A stretch of DNA of 50,255 nucleotides. Origin: a virus (taxonomy: Duplodnaviria; Caudoviricetes). The notes beneath the pieces are model-generated. The model was not told the origin of the DNA. It saw only the letters and a program-made list of their open reading frames with translations, and did no database searches. Position numbers and translations under genes: made by a program. The DNA lies in IMG/VR virus record IMGVR_UViG_3300030059_003698, positions 1 to 50,255 of that record; one strand, written 5' to 3'. Position 1 is the first letter of the stretch; each line of letters opens with the position of its first letter. Positions 9,042 through 17,273 of the stretch are shown here, piece by piece.

Positions 9042-9353
9042 TATATTGAAAGTAGTGGTTTGACCACCCCTCAGGGGCACTAGCAGTGTAACTGTCGCAG
9101 TATTTATGTGCTGGTTGAAACAGGACTCAAGCGCTGGCGCTGTTCGGTTCATCGGTTCGCCTCATCTCAGATTGATTCTTCTTCCATTCTCCATGGATTG
9201 CGTGAGTTGCAAGGCCAGTACCGGGTATTGAGCGTTGATAACTTGCCACTTGCATATCGAGCAACCTGTGATAGGGAGAGAATAGGCTAGTTCGGGGTGG
9301 CGAACAGCCCCTCTGATTAGCGTGTTTAGATATACAGTGGTATTTGCTTAGGC

Positions 9354-9380
9354 AATAAAAAAGCCGCCTCTGGGGCGGCT
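9354..9380 (-). terminator. Terminator of the repressor operon
   Basis: AGCCGCC-CCAGA-GGCGGCT followed by TTTTTATT on the minus strand. Confidence 0.75.
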
Positions 9381-9401
9381 GATGCGGCGTTCGATGTAAG
9401 A

Positions 9402-10064
9402 CTATTGCGTAGCAGTTGAGGTGGGCAGACGCTCCAAGATGGATTCTTGGGTTGCCTGGATGCTATTTACTGCTTCACGGAATTCACTGCGCTCGTCAGC
9501 TGCACGCTGAATTTCAACTTGCGTCTCGCCGTAGGACTTGGCATAGCTACCTTGCTCGCTAATCCAGTAGCCAGCTACCGCAATCACAATAGCAAAACCA
9601 GCAAAAACGCCCGCAACAGTAGCCCAAGCTGTTGTGGTGGCATGCCGCCGGCTATTTTCTGACTCTTTTGTTACATCGTTGCGGAGACCTGTTATTTCAT
9701 CATAAAGCCGGTCGGTGATGCGCTCAAAACGGGCATCTGCCTGTTCTTGAAAGCGTTGCATAGATTCCACGCGAGCATCAAGCTTGCTTTCAATGCCAGC
9801 AAGTCGGGCGTCAACATACCTGTCTTGAGTGCTCATAGAGTGTTCACCTGGCTGAGGGTCAGCATCTGTCACACATTTGATTGGTGATACTAAATCAGAT
9901 TCGATTGTAAAGCCCGCGTTCAGATCACCAAGCTTTGAAGTCGATTTTAGGAAAATAGTTCCTAAAGTGAAACCTCTAGGGTCAACCACGTTTGCCCGCG
10001 TGTCGACGCCGGTATCAATCCTGTCATAAAAACTCGACGGCTCATGAGCATTCTTAGTTGCCAT
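9402..10064 (-). CDS. Single-TM coiled-coil protein in the repressor operon (lysogenic cargo)
   Basis: TM segment AWATVAGVFAGFAIVIAVAGYW flanked by coiled coils; start uncertain (10082, 10064 or 9836). Confidence 0.7.
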   Translation of the reverse strand: MATKNAHEPSSFYDRIDTGVDTRANVVDPRGFTLGTIFLKSTSKLGDLNAGFTIESDLVSPIKCVTDADPQPGEHSMSTQDRYVDARLAGIESKLDARVESMQRFQEQADARFERITDRLYDEITGLRNDVTKESENSRRHATTTAWATVAGVFAGFAIVIAVAGYWISEQGSYAKSYGETQVEIQRAADERSEFREAVNSIQATQESILERLPTSTATQ

Positions 10065-10377
10065 TGCGGACTTTCCATTCAAGCAGGGCGTGAAAAGAGA
10101 AATCTGCCATGTACCCGCAAGTGTCGCACCTTGATGTGAGAATTGGTATTGCTATTCGTTCAAAGGGTGGCTCCCCTTCATGAACGGTTTTCCAAGCAAT
10201 TGCAGGTTTATCTGGGATCTCTTTGAAGCTTCGGTGACGGCGGTTAATCGCTTTAAAAGCCACTAGCTCGTCTTGGCAAATGGGACAATTACCTTTGCTA
10301 GGCAAAGTGCTGAAAAAATCCACAACATCCTTGCATGTGACTTCTTCAACCATTTGCCGCCACTCATCACTGTACAT
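10054..10377 (-). CDS. Zinc-ribbon protein in the repressor operon
   Basis: CPIC and CDTCGY; AAGGA RBS. Confidence 0.7.
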   Translation of the reverse strand: MYSDEWRQMVEEVTCKDVVDFFSTLPSKGNCPICQDELVAFKAINRRHRSFKEIPDKPAIAWKTVHEGEPPFERIAIPILTSRCDTCGYMADFSFHALLEWKVRNGN

Positions 10378-10470
10378 AAGTCAATCCTTTACCATGCTGG
10401 GTGTTAGCAAAAAATGGTAGTCAATTTAGCTGAATTAGCTTTCGCATCTTGTTATTGCAGCAAACCATTG

Positions 10471-10509
10471 ATGCAGTAATGCAGTAATGCAGTAATGCAG
10501 TAATGCAGT
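10471..10509. repeat. Octamer tandem repeat (ATGCAGTA) x about 5
   Basis: atgcagta x4 plus atgcagt immediately after the repressor stop codon. Confidence 0.95.
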
Positions 10510-11001
10510 TTACTGGTCGTCGCTACGACCTTCAGCCTCATATATTAGCTTGCCGAGAATGTTGGATTTCGATTGACCTTGTTTCAGCATTTCGAATGCC
10601 GTCATAGCTAGGCGGGCACCTGCCATAGGATCAATACCATCATTGAGTGTGGCTCGTACTAGAGCCTCTTCCACCATCTCAAGCGCCATAACTGTCAGAT
10701 CGGATTCAGCAATTGGTTCGGACTGCTGTGGGTCGTCGGTTTTACATGCCAAGTAGCGAGCGCTCACCCCGTATTTGTTCGCAAGGGCGACCATAACGCT
10801 TGGGGGTACAGGCGTTCGCCCATGCTTCCAGTCGCCAACTGTCTGGGACGACCTGCCGGCATCGGCAGCGATTTTGGTGTTGATACCATGATCCGAGGGA
10901 TGCTGATGCACTTCCTGTGCGCGGGTCTTTATTCTCTCCCACACCCTTTTCCTTGTCTCCATCTCTTCATGAGAAGGACTTTGTGACGGCTGAGCAGTCA
11001 T
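10510..11001 (-). CDS. CI-like XRE-family repressor lacking an S24 autopeptidase domain
   Basis: HTH KIAADAGRSSQTVGDWKHG..P..LANKYGVSARYL; divergent from cro; only 163 aa. Confidence 0.85.
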   Translation of the reverse strand: MTAQPSQSPSHEEMETRKRVWERIKTRAQEVHQHPSDHGINTKIAADAGRSSQTVGDWKHGRTPVPPSVMVALANKYGVSARYLACKTDDPQQSEPIAESDLTVMALEMVEEALVRATLNDGIDPMAGARLAMTAFEMLKQGQSKSNILGKLIYEAEGRSDDQ

Positions 11002-11104
11002 GTGTCAGATGCTCCGATTCTGGCAAATACCAGTAAAAATCAAGTTAACGCCATATCTTAGCCGCCCTGGTCACGTTAGTAATTCATCAAATTTATGGAA
11101 TTTC

Positions 11105-11132
11105 TTGTATCTGGCATGGTTTAAACCATAAT
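11105..11132 (+). promoter_or_regulatory. PR-like promoter with palindromic operator
   Basis: TTGTAT-N16-CATAAT; perfect palindrome ATGGTTTAAACCAT (11116-11129), same ATGG-N6-CCAT core as at PL. Confidence 0.7.
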
Positions 11133-11165
11133 ATAGTCATTATAACCATGATCTAAGAGGTAGGT

Positions 11166-11453
11166 ATGACTGACATTGCTCAACAAACTCTTTCGCAGGC
11201 ACCAGAACCTGCTGTAAGTGTTCCTACTCGGCCTGTAACCCTTAGAGATGTCATTAAAGACTGCGGGGGCGCTTCTGCTGTCGCTGCAGGAATGGGTGTT
11301 GCGGCTCCAAGCGTATACGGATGGATGAGCCAAGGTCACTTACCTCTATCTGAGCTACATGGGAAGACTAATTACAGCGATCAGCTTGCCGCTATGCAGC
11401 GAAGCATGCGGTTGAGTGCGGTTGAGATTCGGCGACTAGGGCTGCGCCTCTAA
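11166..11453 (+). CDS. cro: Cro-like repressor
   Basis: IKDCGGASAVAAGMGVAAPSVYGW..GHLP; divergent from the CI-like gene. Confidence 0.85.
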   Translation: MTDIAQQTLSQAPEPAVSVPTRPVTLRDVIKDCGGASAVAAGMGVAAPSVYGWMSQGHLPLSELHGKTNYSDQLAAMQRSMRLSAVEIRRLGLRL

Positions 11454-11502
11454 TGCATTGCCTCATCTTTACAAATCCAACCAAGGCGCCAGGGGGTGCT
11501 TT

Positions 11503-12318
11503 ATGAGCAAGCAAGCCACTAGCAGCAAAGAAACGTTTAAATCCCTTAGCGCCTTTGCCCAAGAGCAAGCCCACTTAGTGCTGGCGCATTATCTGAAGGA
11601 CGGTGGCCCGGTGACAGGTGCGAACGCTAAGGAGTTGTGCGAGGAGGCCGCCCGCAACATCCGAGCGGCCTTTGCAGAGCTAGAGGGGCGCACTTCGCCT
11701 GATCAAGGCTCTGGTAGTGCTCCAACAGCTGAGGAGCAGGATCGCGCCATGTCCGCCGAGCCCGCTGACATTGAATGGATGCCGCTGGACGCGTGGGTGT
11801 CCGCAGCTACGACCGCCATTGGTGCGCAGCCGCCTTTCAAGCAATGGTCAGCCATATGCAGCACTGACCCTGATGGGCCTGTGTCCATCGTGACGCTATA
11901 TAAAGCCCCGAAGGGTTTCTATGAGGTTCGTTTTAGTGAGATGCCAAGGGGTGAAAACCTTGTGAAGTTACTTGAGGCCTCAGGCCCGGTCGCCTACGAC
12001 CCGTGGCGCAATACCCGTGAGGCTCAATCGCTTTTCGTGGAAGGCGTGGAGACGGCCAGGTTTGGATGCACTGTCGCCAACATGTCCGAGCCTATGCAAG
12101 TCGCTCGTGACTTGGTTTGTGCAGGCCTTTTGCGCCATGACGGTCACCCAATACTGACCGATCACGTGATGCAAGTGCTTGATCGTTGCCGGGTCACTTC
12201 ATCGCTCAAGCGCACCCATTACCCCGCCCGTCTTAGCGGGCAACGTATCGATGGGGCGCTGGCGCTGATTATGGCGGTGGGGCTGGTGCTGGGTGAAGGT
12301 AGCGGGGCTGCGGTATGA
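11503..12318 (+). CDS. Early protein with a diverged terminase-large-subunit nuclease-like C-terminal domain
   Basis: 23/65 ungapped identities to this phage's TerL (AYDPWR..TV.NMS..RH..P.LT) plus a YP..IDG..A..MA.G end. Confidence 0.75.
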   Translation: MSKQATSSKETFKSLSAFAQEQAHLVLAHYLKDGGPVTGANAKELCEEAARNIRAAFAELEGRTSPDQGSGSAPTAEEQDRAMSAEPADIEWMPLDAWVSAATTAIGAQPPFKQWSAICSTDPDGPVSIVTLYKAPKGFYEVRFSEMPRGENLVKLLEASGPVAYDPWRNTREAQSLFVEGVETARFGCTVANMSEPMQVARDLVCAGLLRHDGHPILTDHVMQVLDRCRVTSSLKRTHYPARLSGQRIDGALALIMAVGLVLGEGSGAAV

Positions 12319-12354
12319 ATATCAAACCATCCAAGCCATTCGACCCAGCGGTCA

Positions 12355-12600
12355 TTAGTGCCGCGGAAAGGCGCTTCCTTGAGAATCGCTCTTTTCCAGC
12401 ACATCAATTGCCGCCTGAATCCTCTCTATCAGCTCACGACCTTGAGCTGGTGTCATCGCGAACATTTGAGACTCTTGAGCTTCCTCGTTTTTTTGGAGCG
12501 CGTGACTCAAAAACTGGAACTTCAGAGCAATGATTTCGTGGGTGGGTACTGGCCCGATCTGCCAGCCAGCTACGGGAAATAGAGAAATTTCATTCGTCAT
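12355..12600 (-). CDS. bssS: BssS (YceP)-like biofilm regulator
   Basis: FPVAGWQIGPV..IIALKFQF..QMFAMTPAQGRELIERIQAAIDVLE..RH parallels E. coli BssS as recalled. Confidence 0.75.
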   Translation of the reverse strand: MTNEISLFPVAGWQIGPVPTHEIIALKFQFLSHALQKNEEAQESQMFAMTPAQGRELIERIQAAIDVLEKSDSQGSAFPRH

Positions 12601-12681
12601 TGTTCGACCTGTGATTGAGGTGTGTGAGAGCACTCAATCTAACCCTGGTCGAGTTTCTTTGCGAGTGGCAGGGGGTGCTGG

Positions 12682-13695
12682 ATGAGCATGCTCAACCTCC
12701 TAGACAGGCCAATAGCGTTCAACCGCACCTTCGTTGATCTGGGTATCGGCATCACTGGGGCGCTCATGCTATCGCAGTGCGTTTACTGGTCTACCCGTAC
12801 CAAGGACAGCGAAGGCTGGTTCTACAAGACGCAGGCTGAATGGACTGACGAAACGGGCATGACGCGCCGAGAGCAAGAGACCGCCCGTAAGAAGTTAGTC
12901 AGCAAGGGATACATCGAGGAGGTGCGCCGTGGCGTGCCTTGCAAAACCTATTACCGGCTTGATCGTGAGGCGCTGGAAGCCGCCCTTATTCAGGTTGCAC
13001 AAAAGCGCCATTCCAGTATGGCGGATTCCGCCAATCTAGAATGTACGAAAGCGCCATCCAGTATGGCGGAAAGCGCCAAACAAGATTGCACGGAAGCGCC
13101 TAACAGTGATGGCGGAAAGCGCCAAACTATTACAGAGATTACTACAGAGACTACAGCAGAGAGCACTCAGAAAGGCGCACCGGGGGCAAGCCCCGATGCA
13201 TCGGAGGGCGATTACCTGAGCGCTGACGAACCCCAAGCGGAAACCTCAGGCGATCAAGAGTCGGGAGCTGATCTGCTGGCGCGTATTCCTGCCGATATGC
13301 CGGGTACCCGTGACCCGAAAGCCAAAACGTTTAAACCCTGGGCGAACTACGCCTGTGCTTACCGTGCCCGTTACGGCACTTGGCCGGTCTGGAATCAAAA
13401 GGCTGGCGCGAACATGAGCCAGCTGGTCGACCGTGTGGGGGCTGAGCGTGCCCCCGCCGTGGCCGCGTACTACCTGAAACTCAACAGCCAGTTCTACACC
13501 TCACGCCTGCACCCCGTGGGCCTGCTCCTGCAGGACTGCGAATCCATCGCCACCCAACTCGCCACTGGCCAGCAGGTCACTCAGGCCAAAGCCCGCCAAG
13601 TGGACAGCACCCAAACCAACGCGAGCAACGCGGAGGAGGCTAAGCGCTGGCTAGCCGAACGCCGCCAACAGCAGGAGGCCGCATCATGCCGTTAA
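12682..13695 (+). CDS. Phage replication initiator (lambda O-like)
   Basis: LLDRPIAF..GALMLSQCVYW..WFYKTQAEWTDETG..EQETARKKL N-terminus; internal iterons. Confidence 0.85.
   Translation: MSMLNLLDRPIAFNRTFVDLGIGITGALMLSQCVYWSTRTKDSEGWFYKTQAEWTDETGMTRREQETARKKLVSKGYIEEVRRGVPCKTYYRLDREALEAALIQVAQKRHSSMADSANLECTKAPSSMAESAKQDCTEAPNSDGGKRQTITEITTETTAESTQKGAPGASPDASEGDYLSADEPQAETSGDQESGADLLARIPADMPGTRDPKAKTFKPWANYACAYRARYGTWPVWNQKAGANMSQLVDRVGAERAPAVAAYYLKLNSQFYTSRLHPVGLLLQDCESIATQLATGQQVTQAKARQVDSTQTNASNAEEAKRWLAERRQQQEAASCR
12995..13128 (+). repeat. Replication-origin iterons (six imperfect ~22-bp repeats, core GAAAGCGCCA)
   Basis: e.g. TATGGCGGAAAGCGCCAAAC, GATGGCGGAAAGCGCCAAAC, TATGGCGGATTCCGCCAATC inside the initiator gene. 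Confidence 0.75.
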
Positions 13696-14423
13696 CCCCT
13701 GAACAAATGGATCAGGTCGTTGATCTGGTTTACGCCACCGCGGAAGTGCTGGGTCAGGAGATCCGCCACAAGGCTGCCGGGCTGATCGCCGAAGACCTCA
13801 GCGCTTACCCCTTTGCCGAAATTGCCCGAGCGCTGGCCCGCTGCCGTGCCGAGCTACACGGCAAGCTGACCCTGGCGGCGATCATTGAGCGCCTACCTAG
13901 TGCGAACGCTCATTTGAGCGGTAACGAGGCGTGGGCGTTGGCGCTGAAAAGCACCGACGAGCAGGAGACGGTGGTTTGGACGCCGGAGATTGCCCGCGCC
14001 TTTGCCGCTGCTCAGCCGGTGCTGAGTGGTGACCGTCCGGACAAGATCGGTGCCCGCATGGCGTTCCTGGCTGCGTATGAGCGTGAGCTCTCCACCGCGA
14101 AAGCCGAAGCCCGCCAGCCAGAGTGGCAGGTGTCGCTAGGCCATGACCCGCAGCGCCGCGAGATCGTGCTGAACGATGCCGTGAGTGCTGGCAAGCTGCC
14201 CGCGCCTAAGGTGGCCCACTTACTGCCACCGCCTGATAAGCCGGTGACCGAAAAAGGCAAGCGCCAGCGTAAGCAGGTGGTCAGCAAGCTACGCGAGATC
14301 ATCAACCAGCCCGGTGACCAGAAAGCCCAAGAGCGCCGCGAAGCCCGCGAGCGTGAAGAGGCCCGCCGCCGTGAATTACTCGAACAAGCTGGCGTGCCGC
14401 TGGCTGCGATGGGAGGACGTTAA
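13686..14423 (+). CDS. Putative helicase loader / P-like replication protein
   Basis: Follows the initiator; ALARCRAEL..LTLAAII..EAWA..ARMAFLAAYER motifs. Confidence 0.7.
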   Translation: MPLTPEQMDQVVDLVYATAEVLGQEIRHKAAGLIAEDLSAYPFAEIARALARCRAELHGKLTLAAIIERLPSANAHLSGNEAWALALKSTDEQETVVWTPEIARAFAAAQPVLSGDRPDKIGARMAFLAAYERELSTAKAEARQPEWQVSLGHDPQRREIVLNDAVSAGKLPAPKVAHLLPPPDKPVTEKGKRQRKQVVSKLREIINQPGDQKAQERREAREREEARRRELLEQAGVPLAAMGGR

Positions 14424-14425
14424 TC

Positions 14426-14746
14426 ATGAATACCGCATTCCAACCGAGCGGCAACGAAGTAAAACGGGCTGCATTCAGCGATCACCGCCGTTCAGGCAAG
14501 CTCAGCGCCTCCCGCGGGCTAGTGACTGCCTCGCTGGTGAGCAAGGGCCCCATGACCCGCAACCAGTTGGCAGACGCTACCGGCCTACCGCTGGCCAGCA
14601 TTTGCGGCCGCTGCCGTGAGCTGCTCGATATGGATTACATCGAGGTCGCGGGCATGAGCGCCGATTCCCCAGCGCGCCAGGTGCTGGGGCTGACTGAAAG
14701 CGGTAAGGCGCTGGCCATGGATGCGGCTAAGGGGGTGGCGTCGTGA
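14426..14746 (+). CDS. Winged-helix DNA-binding protein
   Basis: GPMTRNQLADATGLPLASICGRCRELL. Confidence 0.75.
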   Translation: MNTAFQPSGNEVKRAAFSDHRRSGKLSASRGLVTASLVSKGPMTRNQLADATGLPLASICGRCRELLDMDYIEVAGMSADSPARQVLGLTESGKALAMDAAKGVAS

Positions 14747-15153
14747 AGCGATTAACAAAATCCGAGCGTGCAGATCTATTTGGCATGTTCGACGGCTGCT
14801 GTGCTTACTGCGGTGAAGAGCTAGGCCAGCGCTGGCATGCCGATCACGTCAAGGCTGTGCGTAGGCGTCATGAGTTATACCGGGATGGATCATCTGGATA
14901 TAAGACGCGCCTGGTGGGTGCAGATAAGCCCGAAAACCACGCTATTGATAATTTTATGCCCGCTTGCGCGCCCTGCAATCTCTCCAAAGCGACATACACC
15001 CTAGAGCAATGGCGCGATGTGCTGGCTGGCTACGTTGGTGCGCTGGATCGTAATGCGCCCACGTACCGCATGGCTAAGAAGTATGGGTTGATCGTGGAGA
15101 CCGATATTCGCGTGGAATTCCACTTTGAAAAACTTGCTCGGGAGGCTGCGTGA
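14743..15153 (+). CDS. HNH endonuclease
   Basis: CAYCG..WHADHV..NFMPACAPCNLSK. Confidence 0.9.
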   Translation: MKRLTKSERADLFGMFDGCCAYCGEELGQRWHADHVKAVRRRHELYRDGSSGYKTRLVGADKPENHAIDNFMPACAPCNLSKATYTLEQWRDVLAGYVGALDRNAPTYRMAKKYGLIVETDIRVEFHFEKLAREAA

Positions 15154-15506
15154 TGTCGCTTAACCCTATTGATCATCAAAACATCGTGCTGCGCTTGCTG
15201 GGCATGTCATCCAGTAACCCCGCACACCTCACCTCGCTTGCGCATTCCTACCAGATCCCGGTATCCCTGCATGAGATCCGCGTTGCTTGTGATGCGCTGG
15301 TAGAGCAGGAGTTTGTCGAGCGTGCCCCAGGGTTTGCCTATCGGCTGACGGCGTTTGGCACTGTTGAACTGCCTGCTGTGCCGTTGCTTGAGAGTTATTA
15401 CACGATGCCTCGCCACAGCACGGAGCCAAAGGTGGGCGATTCAGTTTGGCGGGGCGCTGACATGGCAGGAAAACAGCTCCCATACGCCGGGTGGGGTGAA
15501 TCATGA
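15150..15506 (+). CDS. Hypothetical phage protein (wHTH-like)
   Basis: Coupled ORF in the nin-like region. Confidence 0.6.
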   Translation: MMSLNPIDHQNIVLRLLGMSSSNPAHLTSLAHSYQIPVSLHEIRVACDALVEQEFVERAPGFAYRLTAFGTVELPAVPLLESYYTMPRHSTEPKVGDSVWRGADMAGKQLPYAGWGES

Positions 15507-15658
15507 CCCGCCAAGCCTACACACAACCCAAATGCCCACAGTGCCACTACCGCAAGGCCGCCAGTGAGTTTCGCGACCCGGCTACGGGCGAAGCATTGCC
15601 CGCATGTAAGCAATGCATGCGTATTGCACAGCGAGGAGGTCAGCGATGGACGGCGTAA
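15503..15658 (+). CDS. 51-aa zinc-ribbon protein (not in the ORF track)
   Basis: MTRQAYTQPKCPQCHYRK...ACKQCMR; ATGA overlap with the previous gene. Confidence 0.65.
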   Translation: MTRQAYTQPKCPQCHYRKAASEFRDPATGEALPACKQCMRIAQRGGQRWTA

Positions 15659-15837
15659 CGTGGTTTTTATTCGGCGTGCTGGTCGGTGTGTTTATGACTA
15701 TTGCCTGTGCGGCTGCCGCTTTTTGCAAGAGCAGCAGCAAGCCAGGTGGCCATGCTCCGCCTTTCCGGACACCGCCGCCACCTTTTGTAGAGAGGGCCAC
15801 TGGTATCAGCGAGCAGGGAGAGCATGACGATGCATGA
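15646..15837 (+). CDS. Small membrane protein
   Basis: GGAGG RBS; hydrophobic WFLFGVLVGVFMTIACAAAAF. Confidence 0.6.
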   Translation: MDGVTWFLFGVLVGVFMTIACAAAAFCKSSSKPGGHAPPFRTPPPPFVERATGISEQGEHDDA

Positions 15838-15969
15838 ACAACGGAAACAGCACTTCGCCAAGGTGAGGCGCCTCCAGATGATTATTTTGGCCGTCATAGT
15901 CATGGCTTCGCCGTTCTACGTCGCTATCTGCATAAAGCTTTGGCAATTGTTTATTGGCTGGGGGTGCTC

Positions 15970-16284
15970 ATGAGTCAGCAAAAAGGGGGATTGCAGGCCC
16001 GGCGAGCCGCGATGCTTTGCCAGAACGTCCGCTTTGGGCTGTACCTCGACCAGCGCCGCCGCCAAGCCAATGCCCTGGAGCATCGTGACCTTCCAGACGG
16101 TACTCACGGCCCCGAGGATTGCGCGGACTGGCTGCGCAAGGCGTGCGGCATCGAAAGCCGTGCCGAGCTAGACCATAACGACGCTGCCCGGGCAATGCTT
16201 GATCGCATCATGGCCGATTACAGCAAGTGGGAGCGCCAGCAAAGAATGATGGATCGCGTGTGCATGGGGGTGGGGAGTGAGTGA
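15970..16284 (+). CDS. Conserved phage protein
   Basis: AAMLCQN.RF..DWLRKACGIESRAELDHN motif. Confidence 0.75.
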   Translation: MSQQKGGLQARRAAMLCQNVRFGLYLDQRRRQANALEHRDLPDGTHGPEDCADWLRKACGIESRAELDHNDAARAMLDRIMADYSKWERQQRMMDRVCMGVGSE

Positions 16285-16753
16285 TAAGCCGGTAGTGCCT
16301 CAAGATTACATATATGGCCTAAAGGTCGTTGACATCGGCGATCTGCGCATAGCGCGTGGACAGACAAAGCGCCCGAGGGGCACATGTAAGCATCTTGATA
16401 TTGTTTATGACGATCAAGAGCGTCGTATCTGGTGCCAGGACTGCGAGCAGGAGGTAGAGGCATACGACGCGTTTAAGGGGCTGGCTGAGTTTCATTATAG
16501 CGCCCAAAACAAGTTAAAACGCCGAGAGGAAGCCGTTAAAGAGGCTGAATCATTCCAAGCCCGTAGCCGTGCCGTTAAAGCACTTGACCAGGTGTGGCGT
16601 AGCAAAAACATGACGCCCGTTTGCCCTTGCTGTGACAAAGGCTTGCTTCCGGAGGACTTCGCCAATGGCGTTCAGTCTCAAATGGATCGAAATCTTGCGC
16701 GGAAAATGCGCCAGCAGCGCTTGAGCGTAAAGAGCAAAGGAGGTGGGGCGTGA
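16277..16753 (+). CDS. Zn-binding hypothetical phage protein
   Basis: CKH..WCQDC and CPCC motifs. Confidence 0.7.
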   Translation: MSDKPVVPQDYIYGLKVVDIGDLRIARGQTKRPRGTCKHLDIVYDDQERRIWCQDCEQEVEAYDAFKGLAEFHYSAQNKLKRREEAVKEAESFQARSRAVKALDQVWRSKNMTPVCPCCDKGLLPEDFANGVQSQMDRNLARKMRQQRLSVKSKGGGA

Positions 16754-16917
16754 GGTGTTCAACGGTTCTTATTTTGGCTGGCGCTATGCATGTCGCTGTC
16801 TCAGTAGCGATGCAAATACGTGGCATGGAAGGTGCTGACCTAAAAAGCACAACAGGCGTGCTGTTGGTCGGCATGGGGTTTATTTGCATGGAAATTTCAA
16901 AGGCGGGCAGAAAATGA
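16750..16917 (+). CDS. 55-aa two-TM protein (not in the ORF track)
   Basis: GTG start after GGAGG; GTGA and ATGA overlaps; two hydrophobic stretches. Confidence 0.5.
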   Translation: MRCSTVLILAGAMHVAVSVAMQIRGMEGADLKSTTGVLLVGMGFICMEISKAGRK

Positions 16918-17273
16918 CTAAACCACTCCTCTATGCCGTGCTGTTAGTGATAGGCGTCGTTGTTCCCACGTGGCTGGCCCCCATCGCCCAAGGTGGGTTG
17001 GCTAACTTAGCGGTATTTGCTGCATGGGCTATCGGCTTGATGATCCTGGCTCTGGCGCTGATCGGTATCTTTCTGGATTCACCGTACGAGCCGCCCGTCA
17101 AGCTACCCAAGATATTGCGGTGGATTTTCGCCATAAGCTGGTGGAGTGCTGTCGCTTGGGCGGCTTACCACGGCATGTATGGCTTGGCAGCGTTGCACAC
17201 CCTGAGCTCCTTGCTTCTTAGCCTCAATAAGTCGCGCAAGGTGCGGCAGCATAAAGGGGGCTCTAATGTTTGA
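16914..17273 (+). CDS. Multi-TM membrane protein
   Basis: About four hydrophobic segments; ATGA overlap. Confidence 0.65.
   Translation: MTKPLLYAVLLVIGVVVPTWLAPIAQGGLANLAVFAAWAIGLMILALALIGIFLDSPYEPPVKLPKILRWIFAISWWSAVAWAAYHGMYGLAALHTLSSLLLSLNKSRKVRQHKGGSNV

Noticed and set aside
12315-12533. 72-aa plus-strand ORF overlapping the bssS-like gene
   Set aside because: It has an ATGA overlap and could be real, but the minus-strand frame has recognisable family similarity and this one has none, so it is left uncalled
12995-13128. Repeat array considered as a mini-CRISPR
   Set aside because: Repeats are adjacent with no unique spacers and lie inside the initiator gene, as lambdoid iterons do; no cas genes
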